A DNA stretch of 64,000 bases from Longimicrobiales bacterium (lineage in GTDB: Bacteria > Gemmatimonadota > Gemmatimonadetes > Longimicrobiales > RSA9): assembly GCA_036381255.1 (NCBI GenBank), contig DASVDG010000114.1, positions 12,326 through 76,325 of the forward strand, written 5' to 3'. This document shows, one piece after another, positions 10,076 through 20,412 of this stretch. Each line of letters starts with the position of its first letter. The first letter of the stretch is position 1. The translations under genes and the position numbers were made by a program. The notes beneath the pieces were generated by a model. The model searched no databases. It saw only the letters and a list, made by a program, of their open reading frames with translations, and was not told the origin of the DNA.

Positions 10076-10083
10076 GAATCCCC

Positions 10084-11634
<1,551 letters not shown>

Positions 11635-11635
11635 G

Positions 11636-12853
11636 TCAACGATCCCTCCACCCTCCGTCGGGTGCCGGCGGCGCGCCGTCGTCCGGCCACGGCACCGGCG
11701 TGAGCTCCCCCTGTTCGTACGTCACCACGAACGGGCGCCGCACCACGCGCCCCCGCTCCACCATCAGCACGCCGGTCGCACCGCGCAGCCCGCCGATCGC
11801 CCGGATCGCCTCGGCGAGGTCGCCCCGCCCGGCGGCGACCGAATCCAGCCCCGCCAGGAGCAGCCGCATCGCGTCGTAGCCGAGCGCCGGGTACGGGTCC
11901 CGGAGCGAGCGGCGGTACGCCTGCTCGTAGCGGGCGACGAAGTCGTCCCACCCGACCGCGTCGCTCGACGGCGGCAGCGGCGTGGCGGCGACGACGCCGT
12001 CGAGGTACCGCGCCGCGACCTGCCTGCGCACCGACTCGGCCGTCCAGCCGTCGCCGCCGAGCACGTGCACTCCCGCGCCGGCCAGGCCGTAGTACGTGAT
12101 CTGCGGCGCGATCTGGTGCACGTCGCGCTCCGGCACCGGCAGGAAGACCGCCTGCGGCGCCGCCGCGGCGATCGCCTTCAGGTGCGTCGCGAACGTCGTC
12201 GTGCCGCTGTCGTACGGCACCTCGGCGACGATCCGCCCACCCTCCTCCAGCAGCGCGGCCGCGAACGCCCGCGCCTGCCGCCGGTACGCTGCCGTGCGCG
12301 GATACAACAGCCCGACCCGGAGCCACCCCCGGCTCGCGGCGTAGCGCCCGAGCGTCTCGGCGCCCAGCGCGTCCGGCGCGTTCATGGCGTAAGCGTTCTC
12401 CGCCGCGGCCGCCTCGGAACCGAGCGGATGGACCAGCACCAGGCCGTCCGACGCCCGCGCGCGCACGGCGGCATCGGCCGCTCCCGGGAGCACCGGGCCG
12501 ATCACTGCGACCGCGCCCCGTCGCTCCAGCTCCCGCACCGCGGCCGCCGCCCGCTCCGGGTCGCCGGCGCCGTCGACCACCTCCAGCATCACCGGTGATC
12601 CGCCGGACGCCTCCCGCTCCCGGACCGCCAGCTCCACGCCTTCCAGCACCAGCGCGCCGTATCGCTCCAGGTACGCCGACCCGCTCCGGGGCAGGACCAC
12701 GCCCACCCGCACGGGCCCACCCGTCCGCGCCGCGCCCGCCGCCGAACCGGGATGCGGCGCGTCATCGGCCGCGCGCCCCGTCCCGGCGGCGCACCCGGCC
12801 GCCACCACGACCGCCGCTACGCCACCGATCCGCTGAACTGCTCTCTTCACCAT
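11636..12853 (-). CDS. periplasmic-binding-protein type 1 (LivK-like) lipoprotein
   Basis: Start [24 protein letters not shown] (lipobox-like) at 12853. Overall pattern resembles branched-chain amino-acid-type solute-binding proteins. Stop is 1 nt from the pccB start. Confidence 0.6.
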   Translation of the reverse strand: MVKRAVQRIGGVAAVVVAAGCAAGTGRAADDAPHPGSAAGAARTGGPVRVGVVLPRSGSAYLERYGALVLEGVELAVREREASGGSPVMLEVVDGAGDPERAAAAVRELERRGAVAVIGPVLPGAADAAVRARASDGLVLVHPLGSEAAAAENAYAMNAPDALGAETLGRYAASRGWLRVGLLYPRTAAYRRQARAFAAALLEEGGRIVAEVPYDSGTTTFATHLKAIAAAAPQAVFLPVPERDVHQIAPQITYYGLAGAGVHVLGGDGWTAESVRRQVAARYLDGVVAATPLPPSSDAVGWDDFVARYEQAYRRSLRDPYPALGYDAMRLLLAGLDSVAAGRGDLAEAIRAIGGLRGATGVLMVERGRVVRRPFVVTYEQGELTPVPWPDDGAPPAPDGGWRDR

Positions 12854-13009
12854 CCGCCGTGACACCCTTCGAAATCCTCCGTCACGGCGGCCGTCACCGT
12901 CGCCGCCGCGCACAGACCGTTAACATAGCCCAATCCGCGGATTTTCGCACGCCGGCGCGAGTTCCGTCGCGAAGCCGCGCGCCGTCGGCGTCACGACCGG
13001 TCGCTGCAC

Positions 13010-13041
13010 AAAAAAAGACGGGCCCCGCGCAGGGGCCCGTC
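13010..13041 (-). terminator. rho-independent terminator of rpsA
   Basis: Minus strand: GACGGGCCCC-TGCGC-GGGGCCCGTC followed by TTTTTTT, 30 nt after the rpsA stop. Confidence 0.85.
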
Positions 13042-13070
13042 CTTGCTTCCAACACCGCGGTCGGCGCCGA

Positions 13071-15038
13071 TCAGGCCTCTTCCTCCGTGGCCTCGCCCTC
13101 GCCGGCCGCGGCCTCCTCCGCCGCTTCGGGCGCCTCGGCCGCCGCCTCCTCGGCGGGCTCCGCCTCGGTCGCCTCCGCCGGCGCGAGCTCGGCCGCCGGC
13201 GTCTCGGCCGTGATCGCCGATTCCGGCGCCGCGGCCTGCGCCTCGACCTGCTCCTCCGTCGGCCGGACCTCGGCGTCCGTCGCCGGCACCGTGCCCTCCG
13301 GCGTCGCGCCGCCCTCGAGCTCCGGCACGGCGATCACGGTCAGCACGATCCGCCGGTTCACCGCATCCGACTCGATGACCCGGAGCTCCAGCTCCTGGCC
13401 CTCGCGGAAGTGGTCCGCCGGGTCCTTGATGTTCTCGACCCCGAGCTGGCTGATCGGGACGAAGCCCTCGACGTCGCCGCCCAGGTCGACGACCACGCCC
13501 TCGTCGAGCAGCCGCACGATCGTGCCGCGCGACTCCACACCCGGCGCGTACTGATCGACCAGACGCGTCCACGGATCGTCCTCGGTCTGCTTGAGGCCCA
13601 GCGAGATCCGCTTGTTCTCCGCGTCCACGCCCAGCACCACGACCTCGACGTCGTCGCCCTTGCGCAGCACCTCCGACGGGTGCTGCACCCGCTTCGTCCA
13701 GCTCAGGTCCGAGATGTGGATCAGGCCGTCGATCCCCGGCTCGATCTCGACGAACGCGCCGAACGACGTCAGGTTCCGCACCTTCCCCGTCACCCGCGTA
13801 CCCACCGGGTACTTCACCGGCAGCGCGAGCCACGGATCCTCCTCGATCTGCTTCATCCCGAGCGAGATCTTCTCCTCGTCCCGGTCGACCTTCAGCACGA
13901 CCGCCTCGATCTCGTCGCCGATCGCGACCAGCTTCGAGGGGTGCTTCACGTTGCGCGTCCAGCTCATCTCGCTGATGTGGACGAGCCCCTCGACGCCCTT
14001 CTCCAGCTCGACGAACGCGCCGTAGTTCGTGATCGAGACCACCTTCCCGCGCACCCGCGCGCCGACCGGGTACTTCCGCTCGACATCCTTCCACGGGTAC
14101 GGCAGGAGCTGCTTCAGCCCCAGCGAGATCCGCTCGCGGTCCCAGTCGATGTCCAGGACCTTCACGTCCATCTCCTGGCCGATCTCCACGATCTCCGAGG
14201 GATGGCCGACGCGGCCCCAGCTCATGTCCGTGATGTGCAGCAGGCCGTCCAGCCCGCCCAGGTCGATGAACGCGCCGAAGTCCGTCACGTTCTTGACCAC
14301 GCCCTTCCGGACCTGGCCGACCAGCAGCTCCTTGACCAGCTGCTCGCGCTTCGTCTCCCGCTCCTGCTCCAGGATCACCCGGCGGCTCACCACGATGTTG
14401 CGACGCCGCTTGTTCAGCTTGATGATCTTGAAGTCGTACGTCTGACCGAGCAGGTCCTCCACGTTCGGGACCCGACGCAGCGCGATCTGCGACCCCGGCA
14501 GGAACGCGTCCACGCCCATCAGGTCCACCGTCACGCCGCCCTTGATCTTCCGGACCAGCGTGCCCGGCACCTTGTCGTCGTTCTCGTACGCGGTCTTGAT
14601 CTTCTCCCAGACGCGCAGGAAGTCCGCCTTCTTCTTCGACAGGACGACGACGCCCTCCTCATCCTCGAGGTTCTCGAGGAAGACGTCGACCTCGTCCCCG
14701 GGCTTCAGCGCCTCGGGGTTCTTGAACTCGTCCTTCGTGACCGCGCCTTCGCTCTTGAAGCCGACGTCCAGGATGACCGCGTTGTCCGTCACGCGCAGCA
14801 CCCGCGCCTTGACGATCTCGCCTTCCTCGACGTTCGTGAGCGTCTCTTCGTACATCTGGAGCATCGCCTCGTACTCCTCGGGCGAATACTCCTCATCCCA
14901 CAGGTCCGCACGCACGCCGATGTCGCGCGCCTGCTCCGCGACCTGCGCCGTCGTCAGCTGGGCGCCGCCGGCCGCAGTCTCCTGCGCCGCCGCCTCGACG
15001 TTCTGCTGTTCTTCGTTCTGATCCGGGCGATCCGCCAT
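13071..15038 (-). CDS. rpsA: 30S ribosomal protein S1
   Basis: Start MADRPDQNEE at 15038 (the 873-aa track ORF is an over-extension). Six S1 domains (repeated G.V..V..FGAFV.L..G..GL.HIS) and an acidic Ala/Glu-rich C-terminal tail. Confidence 0.92.
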   Translation of the reverse strand: MADRPDQNEEQQNVEAAAQETAAGGAQLTTAQVAEQARDIGVRADLWDEEYSPEEYEAMLQMYEETLTNVEEGEIVKARVLRVTDNAVILDVGFKSEGAVTKDEFKNPEALKPGDEVDVFLENLEDEEGVVVLSKKKADFLRVWEKIKTAYENDDKVPGTLVRKIKGGVTVDLMGVDAFLPGSQIALRRVPNVEDLLGQTYDFKIIKLNKRRRNIVVSRRVILEQERETKREQLVKELLVGQVRKGVVKNVTDFGAFIDLGGLDGLLHITDMSWGRVGHPSEIVEIGQEMDVKVLDIDWDRERISLGLKQLLPYPWKDVERKYPVGARVRGKVVSITNYGAFVELEKGVEGLVHISEMSWTRNVKHPSKLVAIGDEIEAVVLKVDRDEEKISLGMKQIEEDPWLALPVKYPVGTRVTGKVRNLTSFGAFVEIEPGIDGLIHISDLSWTKRVQHPSEVLRKGDDVEVVVLGVDAENKRISLGLKQTEDDPWTRLVDQYAPGVESRGTIVRLLDEGVVVDLGGDVEGFVPISQLGVENIKDPADHFREGQELELRVIESDAVNRRIVLTVIAVPELEGGATPEGTVPATDAEVRPTEEQVEAQAAAPESAITAETPAAELAPAEATEAEPAEEAAAEAPEAAEEAAAGEGEATEEEA

Positions 15039-15946
15039 GGCCTCTCGGGTGCCTCCGCCTGTCTCGCGTCGGGCCGGGCGGCCACGCGAGGTTGATGGTG
15101 AACATGAAAGGAGAGACGCGCCGCGCCTCTCCGCACCGGGCGCCCACGCATGCGCGATGGACGCCGAGTCCTTGATTTTACCGGAATTTGGCGGAAAGGT
15201 CAACCCCCCGCGGGACGGAAACGCAGACGCGACGAGGCCCGGCACAAGCCCGACCGCGGCGCGCCACCGCCGCGAGCGCCGCTGCGTCGCGCACCCCTCC
15301 GGCAACGGATAACGTGCGACCATCGACACGCCGTCCGCGTTCCGGTACGACGCGTACGCGAACCGGGGCCCGAACATGCGGACCGCCACGCCGCGCTGGG
15401 CCGCGGCGTCGTACTCGCTCGAGACCGCATCCGGGGGCGGCACAAGGCGGATCACCCGCTCGAGCGCGCCGCCGATCACGTCGATCACCACCCAGGTGAG
15501 GGACGTGCCGTCCTGCCAGTCCGGCGGGTGGACGCCGCTGAGGAAGAGGCAGCGCCCCGCGCCGCGGCGATGGCGGGGAACGTGTCTGCGACGAGCTCGC
15601 GCAGGTTGTTCTCGACCTGAAATTGGACCTCTCGCCGGACGCGGGCGGCACACGGCGGTTCGTGGGATCCGCGCCGGGTCCCGAACTCGCACCGCCTAAT
15701 GGGCGCGCCCCGACCCGCCGGGCGCGTACCGGACCCATTTCAGATCCGGTCGAATGTAGGCGCCCGCGTGGTGGAAACGTCGCACGCGTCCCTGTCTGGA
15801 TCGGCCGGTGTCGACTTTCCTGACCGTATACGCGGCAAACCCCACACGCGTCCGTGCCTGGCTGGCGATCCGTGCGGACTTGACCTAAATATCCCGGTCA
15901 ATCGAGCACGCACGCCTGAGACGGCCGTTGCGTGCTACGTTCACCC

Positions 15947-16118
15947 CACCGAGCGGGGCCCGCACCATCCAGCCCCTGCACGATACAGCACATCCGCACC
16001 GACAAGCGGGGCCCGCACCATCCCGCGCACCCCGCACCGACAAGCGGGGCCGACACCGTCCAGCACGCCCCTTGCGAGCCAGCACGCCCTGAACCGACGA
16101 GTGGGCCCGGCCCCCTCC
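15947..16118. repeat. degenerate dispersed repeat family, about 27 nt, 3 good copies plus 1 weak copy
   Basis: 15947-15970 CACCGAGCGGGGCCCGCACCATCC. 15997-16023 CACCGACAAGCGGGGCCCGCACCATCC. 16035-16061 CACCGACAAGCGGGGCCGACACCGTCC. 16092-16118 AACCGACGAGTGGGCCCGGCCCCCTCC. Start-to-start spacing is 50, 38 and 57 nt. Confidence 0.8.
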
Positions 16119-16305
16119 CGCACGCCCCGCACGGGCTACCGTGCCCCGCACCGGGCGCACCCCCGCACCGCACGCCAGTACGCGGACGGGGGGACTCGGG
16201 CACCCGTCGTCACGGGAGTCATGCGGCGGCACGGACGTAGCGCTCGGAATCGGGATCGTTCCTGGCTCGGCTGTTCGGCATGGCCATTGGGATCCGAAAC
16301 CGCGC

Positions 16306-17016
16306 TCAGTCCCTGGAGCTCCGCCCGTCCCGCCCCTTCCGCCCGTGCCGTCCCTCTCGCTCCTCCGCCAGCCGCACGATGCGCTCGACCTGCTCGTCGA
16401 ACGTGAGCGAGGTCGTGTCGACCGGGACGGCGTCGTCGGCCATGCGGAGCGGCGCGACCTCGCGCTCGGTGTCCATGCGGTCGCGGGCGTGGAGACGCGC
16501 GATCTCGGCGGCGAGCGTCTCGTCGTCGGGGTCGACGACGCCGTTCTCGGCGAGGCGGCGGCGAGCGCGGATCGCGACGTCGGCGGAGAGGAAGATCTTG
16601 AGCTCCGCCTCTGGGAAGACGACCGTGCCGATGTCGCGGCCATCGGCGACGAGGTCGACGCCGCGGGCGGCCTCGCGCAGGCGCCCGAGCAGCCATTCGC
16701 GGACCGCGGGGACGCGCGCCATGCGGGACACGTGGGCGTTGACCTCGGGCGAGCGGATCTCGCGGGTCACGTCTTCGCCGCCGACGCGGAGGCGGAACGT
16801 TTCATCCGCGGGCTCGGCGTGGACGTCGAAGGCGTCGAGCTCGGCCCGCGACAGGTCGTCCCAGCGCTCGACCGGCGCGCCGGCGCGCAGCGCGGCGTAC
16901 GTCAACGCGCGGTAGAACGCGCCCGAATCCAGGTGGCGGAAGCCGAGGCGGCGGGCGACGGCGCGCGCGGTGGTGCTCTTGCCGGAGCCGGCCGGTCCGT
17001 CGATCGCGATGATCAT
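16306..17016 (-). CDS. cmk: cytidylate kinase
   Basis: Start MIIAIDGPAGSGKSTTARAVA (P-loop) at 17016, with an ATGA overlap on the aroA stop. The 626-aa track ORF is an over-extension. Confidence 0.9.
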   Translation of the reverse strand: MIIAIDGPAGSGKSTTARAVARRLGFRHLDSGAFYRALTYAALRAGAPVERWDDLSRAELDAFDVHAEPADETFRLRVGGEDVTREIRSPEVNAHVSRMARVPAVREWLLGRLREAARGVDLVADGRDIGTVVFPEAELKIFLSADVAIRARRRLAENGVVDPDDETLAAEIARLHARDRMDTEREVAPLRMADDAVPVDTTSLTFDEQVERIVRLAEEREGRHGRKGRDGRSSRD

Positions 17017-18332
17017 CGGGCCAGCGCCGCCGCGGCGGTCCGGAGCGTGTCCCAGAAGGCGGGATAGCTGATCCGGACGACGTCGAGGTCGTCGACCTCG
17101 ATCGCGTTGCCGGGGAGCGCACCCAGGACGCCGAACGCCATGGCGATGCGGTGGTCGTCGAACGCGCGCACGCGGCCGGAGAGCGGTGCGTCGGTCCCCC
17201 GCACGACCAGCCCGTCCGGCAGCTCTTCGGCCTCGACGCCGACGGCGCGCAGGTTCTCCGCCAGCGCCCGCAGGCGGTCGGACTCCTTCACGCGCAGCTC
17301 GCCCGCGCCGGTGATCGTCGTCTCGCCTTCCGCGCGGGCGGCGAGGATGGCGAGGACGGGGATCTCGTCGATCATCGCCGGGACCTCGGCCGCGTCGACG
17401 CGGGTCGCGCGCAGCTCCGCGGCGCTGGCGATGACGTCGGAGACCGGCTCCTCGCAGACGTCGCAGGAGTCGAGCAGCTCGACCTCGGCGCCCATGCGAC
17501 GGAGCGCGTCGAGCAGCCCGGTCCGCGTGGGGTTCACGCCCACGCCCGGGATGCGCACCGCGCCCCGCGGCGCGAGCACGCCCAGCGCGATGAAGAACGC
17601 GGCGGAGGAGAAGTCGCCCGGGACCGTGCAGTCGAGCGGTGCCAGGAGCTCGGGGGGGCGAAGCCGGACAGCCGGCGGCGCACCCGGCTCGTGCTCGGCG
17701 ACGATCTCGGCGCCCATCGCGCGCAGCATGCGCTCCGTGTGGTCCCGAGAGAGGAACGGCTCGGTCACGCGGACCGGGACCCCGGCCGCCGTGCCGGCCA
17801 GGAGCAGCGCGCTCTTCACCTGCGCGCTCGCCTTCGGGCTCGCGTAGTCGATGGGGCGCAGCGCGCCGCCCGTCACGCGGATCGGCAGGCGGTCCGGCTC
17901 GCCGAGCTCCTCGTAGCGCGCGCCCATCGTCGTGAGCGGCCCGGTGACCCGGCGCATCGGCCGGGATCGGAGCGAGGCGTCCCCGGTCAGCGTGGCGCTG
18001 AACGGGTAGCCGGACAGGAGGCCCAGCAGCAGCCGCGCGGTCGTGCCGCTGTTCCCGCAGTCGATCGGCTCCCCGGGCTCCGACGGTGCACGCAGCCCGC
18101 GCCCGGTCACGGCGACCGTGCCGCCGTCCGCCGGGAGGTCGGGCGCGGCCAGCCCCAGCGCCCGCAGCGCCCGGACCGTCGACCACGGGTCCTCCCCGGG
18201 GAGCAGCCCGCGCAGCAGGCTGGTCCCTCGCGCCACGGCGGACAGGATCAGCGCCCGATGCGTGATCGACTTGTCGCCAGGGACCCGGACCTCGACCTGC
18301 GGCCCGGCCGCGTCGCGGTTTCGCTCAGCCAC
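17013..18332 (-). CDS. aroA: 3-phosphoshikimate 1-carboxyvinyltransferase (EPSP synthase)
   Basis: 439 aa. VPGDKSITHRALIL, GNSGTTARLL and RVKESDR motifs. GTG start. Confidence 0.9.
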   Translation of the reverse strand: MAERNRDAAGPQVEVRVPGDKSITHRALILSAVARGTSLLRGLLPGEDPWSTVRALRALGLAAPDLPADGGTVAVTGRGLRAPSEPGEPIDCGNSGTTARLLLGLLSGYPFSATLTGDASLRSRPMRRVTGPLTTMGARYEELGEPDRLPIRVTGGALRPIDYASPKASAQVKSALLLAGTAAGVPVRVTEPFLSRDHTERMLRAMGAEIVAEHEPGAPPAVRLRPPELLAPLDCTVPGDFSSAAFFIALGVLAPRGAVRIPGVGVNPTRTGLLDALRRMGAEVELLDSCDVCEEPVSDVIASAAELRATRVDAAEVPAMIDEIPVLAILAARAEGETTITGAGELRVKESDRLRALAENLRAVGVEAEELPDGLVVRGTDAPLSGRVRAFDDHRIAMAFGVLGALPGNAIEVDDLDVVRISYPAFWDTLRTAAAALAR

Positions 18333-18338
18333 CGTCGT

Positions 18339-19259
18339 TCACTCCCCGTCCGTGCGGTAGGGCACTTCGATCTCCATCCCGTCGTTCGCCACGACCGCGC
18401 GCGGAAACGCCTCGCGCGCCTCGCGTTCCAGCGTGCGCGGATCCTCCGAGTACCGCGACGAGATGTGCGTCAGCACGAGCCGCAGGGCGCCCGCACGACG
18501 CGCGACCTCCGCCGCCTCCCGCGCCGTCGAATGGTTCGTCGCACGCGCGCGCTCCGCCTCGTCATCGGCGAAGGTGGCGTCGTGGATCAGCAGGTCCGCG
18601 CCGCGAGCGGCCTCGACCGTCCGCCGGCACGGCCGCGTGTCGCCCGTGTACACCACGGTCCGCCCGGGCCGCGGCGGCCCGACCACGTCCTCCGGCCGGA
18701 TCACACGCCCGTCGACCTCGACCGCCTCCCCCCGGTGCAGCCTGCCGAAGAGCGGACCCTCCGGCACGCCCAGCTCCCGCGCGCGCTCCGGGTGGAACCG
18801 ACCCAACCGGTCGTGCTCGACCAGGGCGTAGCCGAGCGAGCGCCCGCCGTGCTGCGTGCGGTAGGCGACGATGTCGTACTCCTCGCGCGCGACCCTGTCC
18901 CCCGGCTCCAGCTCGCGGATCTCGATCCGGAACGGCACCCGCTCCACGCCGAGATTGACCGCGTCGTGCAGGATCTGCCGGCTCCCGGGCGGACCCCACA
19001 GCGTCATCGGTTCCTCGCGCCCCTGGAGACCCAGCGTCCGCAGCAGCCCGATCACGCCCAGGAAATGGTCCGCGTGCATGTGGCTGAAGAAGATGTCGCC
19101 GATGCCGAAGCCCGTCTGGTAGCGCATCATCTGACGCTGCGTCCCCTCGCCGCAGTCGAAGAGGAGCAGCTCGCCGTGCCGCGCCAGCAGGATGGCGCTC
19201 ACGTTCCGCCCGACGGTCGGCCGGCTCGCGGCCGTGCCCAGAAATGTGACGCGAATCAT
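18339..19259 (-). CDS. rnz: ribonuclease Z
   Basis: 306 aa. FLGT..S.P...RN, LFDCGEGTQ and the metallo-beta-lactamase motif SHMHADHFLG. Confidence 0.88.
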   Translation of the reverse strand: MIRVTFLGTAASRPTVGRNVSAILLARHGELLLFDCGEGTQRQMMRYQTGFGIGDIFFSHMHADHFLGVIGLLRTLGLQGREEPMTLWGPPGSRQILHDAVNLGVERVPFRIEIRELEPGDRVAREEYDIVAYRTQHGGRSLGYALVEHDRLGRFHPERARELGVPEGPLFGRLHRGEAVEVDGRVIRPEDVVGPPRPGRTVVYTGDTRPCRRTVEAARGADLLIHDATFADDEAERARATNHSTAREAAEVARRAGALRLVLTHISSRYSEDPRTLEREAREAFPRAVVANDGMEIEVPYRTDGE

Positions 19260-19618
19260 CTCACCGCCGATCCCGCGCCGGCCGCGCGCCCGCGCCGGAG
19301 GCGCGGCAGGATCCAGAGCGACGCGTACGTCGCGTACGCCGGCGCCGACGACGGCAGCAGCCAGACGGGGAGCGCGAGCAGCGCCGTCCAGAGCGCGAGC
19401 TCCGCCGCAGACCGCCCCCGGGCGCGTCGCGCCCGCGCCGCCGCTCCGCTCGCCTCCTCCATCCCCGTCAGGTCTCCCCGGTGCGCCCGCGTCCGCGCGA
19501 CCTCGCCCGCGACGTACGCCTCGACGCCGCCGCGCAGCACGCCGACCGCGCTCCGCAACCAGCGCACGCTCGCGGCGGCCACGCCGAGGATCGCGAGGAT
19601 GTGTAGGGGAAGCTCCAT
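19256..19618 (-). CDS. hypothetical small membrane protein
   Basis: ATG at 19618. 120 aa with a hydrophobic segment at each end. G/C-ending codons. Stop overlaps the rnz start (ATGA). No family recognised. Confidence 0.45.
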   Translation of the reverse strand: MELPLHILAILGVAAASVRWLRSAVGVLRGGVEAYVAGEVARTRAHRGDLTGMEEASGAAARARRARGRSAAELALWTALLALPVWLLPSSAPAYATYASLWILPRLRRGRAAGAGSAVR

Positions 19619-19628
19619 GAAGCCACTA

Positions 19629-19711
19629 TGCCGGGGGCGGGACTCGAACCCGCATGCCGTTGGGGCGAGCGATTTTAAGTCGCCTGCGTCTACCAATTCC
19701 GCCACCCCGGC
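19629..19711 (-). tRNA. tRNA-Leu (anticodon UAA)
   Basis: Minus strand GCCGGGGTGGCGGAATTGGTAGACGCAGGCGACTTAAAATCGC...GGGTTCGAGTCCCGCCCCCGGCA: 7-bp acceptor stem, anticodon loop CT-TAA-AA, long variable arm, canonical T-loop. No encoded CCA. Confidence 0.9.
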
Positions 19712-19746
19712 CCATCCCCGTAATCTACCGGATCCGCCGCCGCGGC

Positions 19747-20412
19747 TCAACCGCGCACCGCGGCCCGCAGCGCCGCGATGTTCTCCGCCACCGACCCCTC
19801 GCCGCCGTACACCGCCGCCCCGGCGACGAGGACGCTCGCGCCCGCGTCGACGACGTCCCCGGCCGTGTCCGGCCCGATCCCGCCGTCGACCTCGAGCTCG
19901 ACTCCCCACAGGTGCCGCTCCTGGAGGATGGCGCGCAGCCGGCCGACCTTCTCGGTGCTCGTCGGGATGTACCGCTGCCCGCCGAAACCGGGGTTCACCG
20001 TCATGACGAGCACCAGGTCGACGTACGGGAGGATCTCCTCCAGCATCCCCACCGGCGTCGCGGGGTTGATCGACACGCCGGGGCGCATCCCCAGCTCGCG
20101 GATCCGTTCCACGGTGCGGTGCAGGTGCGTGCACGCCTCCTGGTGTACCGTGAGCACGTCCGCGCCGGCGTCGGCGAACGCCTCGAGGTAGCGCTCCGGC
20201 GCCTCGATCATGAGGTGCACGTCCAGCGGCAGTGCGGTCGCGCGGCGCAGCGCCTTCACGACCGGCGGGCCGATCGTCAGGTTCGGGACGAAGTGCCCGT
20301 CCATGACGTCGACGTGGATCCAGTCCGCGCCGCCGGCCTCGGCCTGCGCCACGGCATCGCCGAGGCGTGCGAAATCCGCGGACAGGATGCTGGGCGCGAT
20401 CTTGACGCTCAC
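19747..20412 (-). CDS. rpe: ribulose-phosphate 3-epimerase
   Basis: 221 aa. IAPSILSADF, HVDVMDGHFVPN and VMTVNPGFGGQ motifs. GTG start overlapping the rpiA stop (GTGA). Confidence 0.9.
   Translation of the reverse strand: MSVKIAPSILSADFARLGDAVAQAEAGGADWIHVDVMDGHFVPNLTIGPPVVKALRRATALPLDVHLMIEAPERYLEAFADAGADVLTVHQEACTHLHRTVERIRELGMRPGVSINPATPVGMLEEILPYVDLVLVMTVNPGFGGQRYIPTSTEKVGRLRAILQERHLWGVELEVDGGIGPDTAGDVVDAGASVLVAGAAVYGGEGSVAENIAALRAAVRG

Noticed and set aside
15795-15830. AGGAAAGTC string (minus strand: GGTCAGGAAAGTCGACACC) reminiscent of the RNase P RNA P4 core
   Set aside because: The following bases do not match CCGGGCUC. No ACAGAACCCGGCUUA-like 3' element occurs within 400 nt on either strand. 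This is a chance 9-mer.
15947-16118. Possible CRISPR array in the cmk-rpsA spacer
   Set aside because: The repeats are degenerate and the spacers between them are irregular (about 11-30 nt). There are only 3-4 copies, and no cas genes are in the window.
19629-19746. tRNA-Leu (and tRNA-Gly/Cys at 37227-37403) as integration sites of genomic islands
   Set aside because: No integrase, no direct repeat of a tRNA 3' end, and no compositional shift were seen in the flanking genes. The flanks are core genes (rpe, rnz, a usp-family gene and the che-like cluster).
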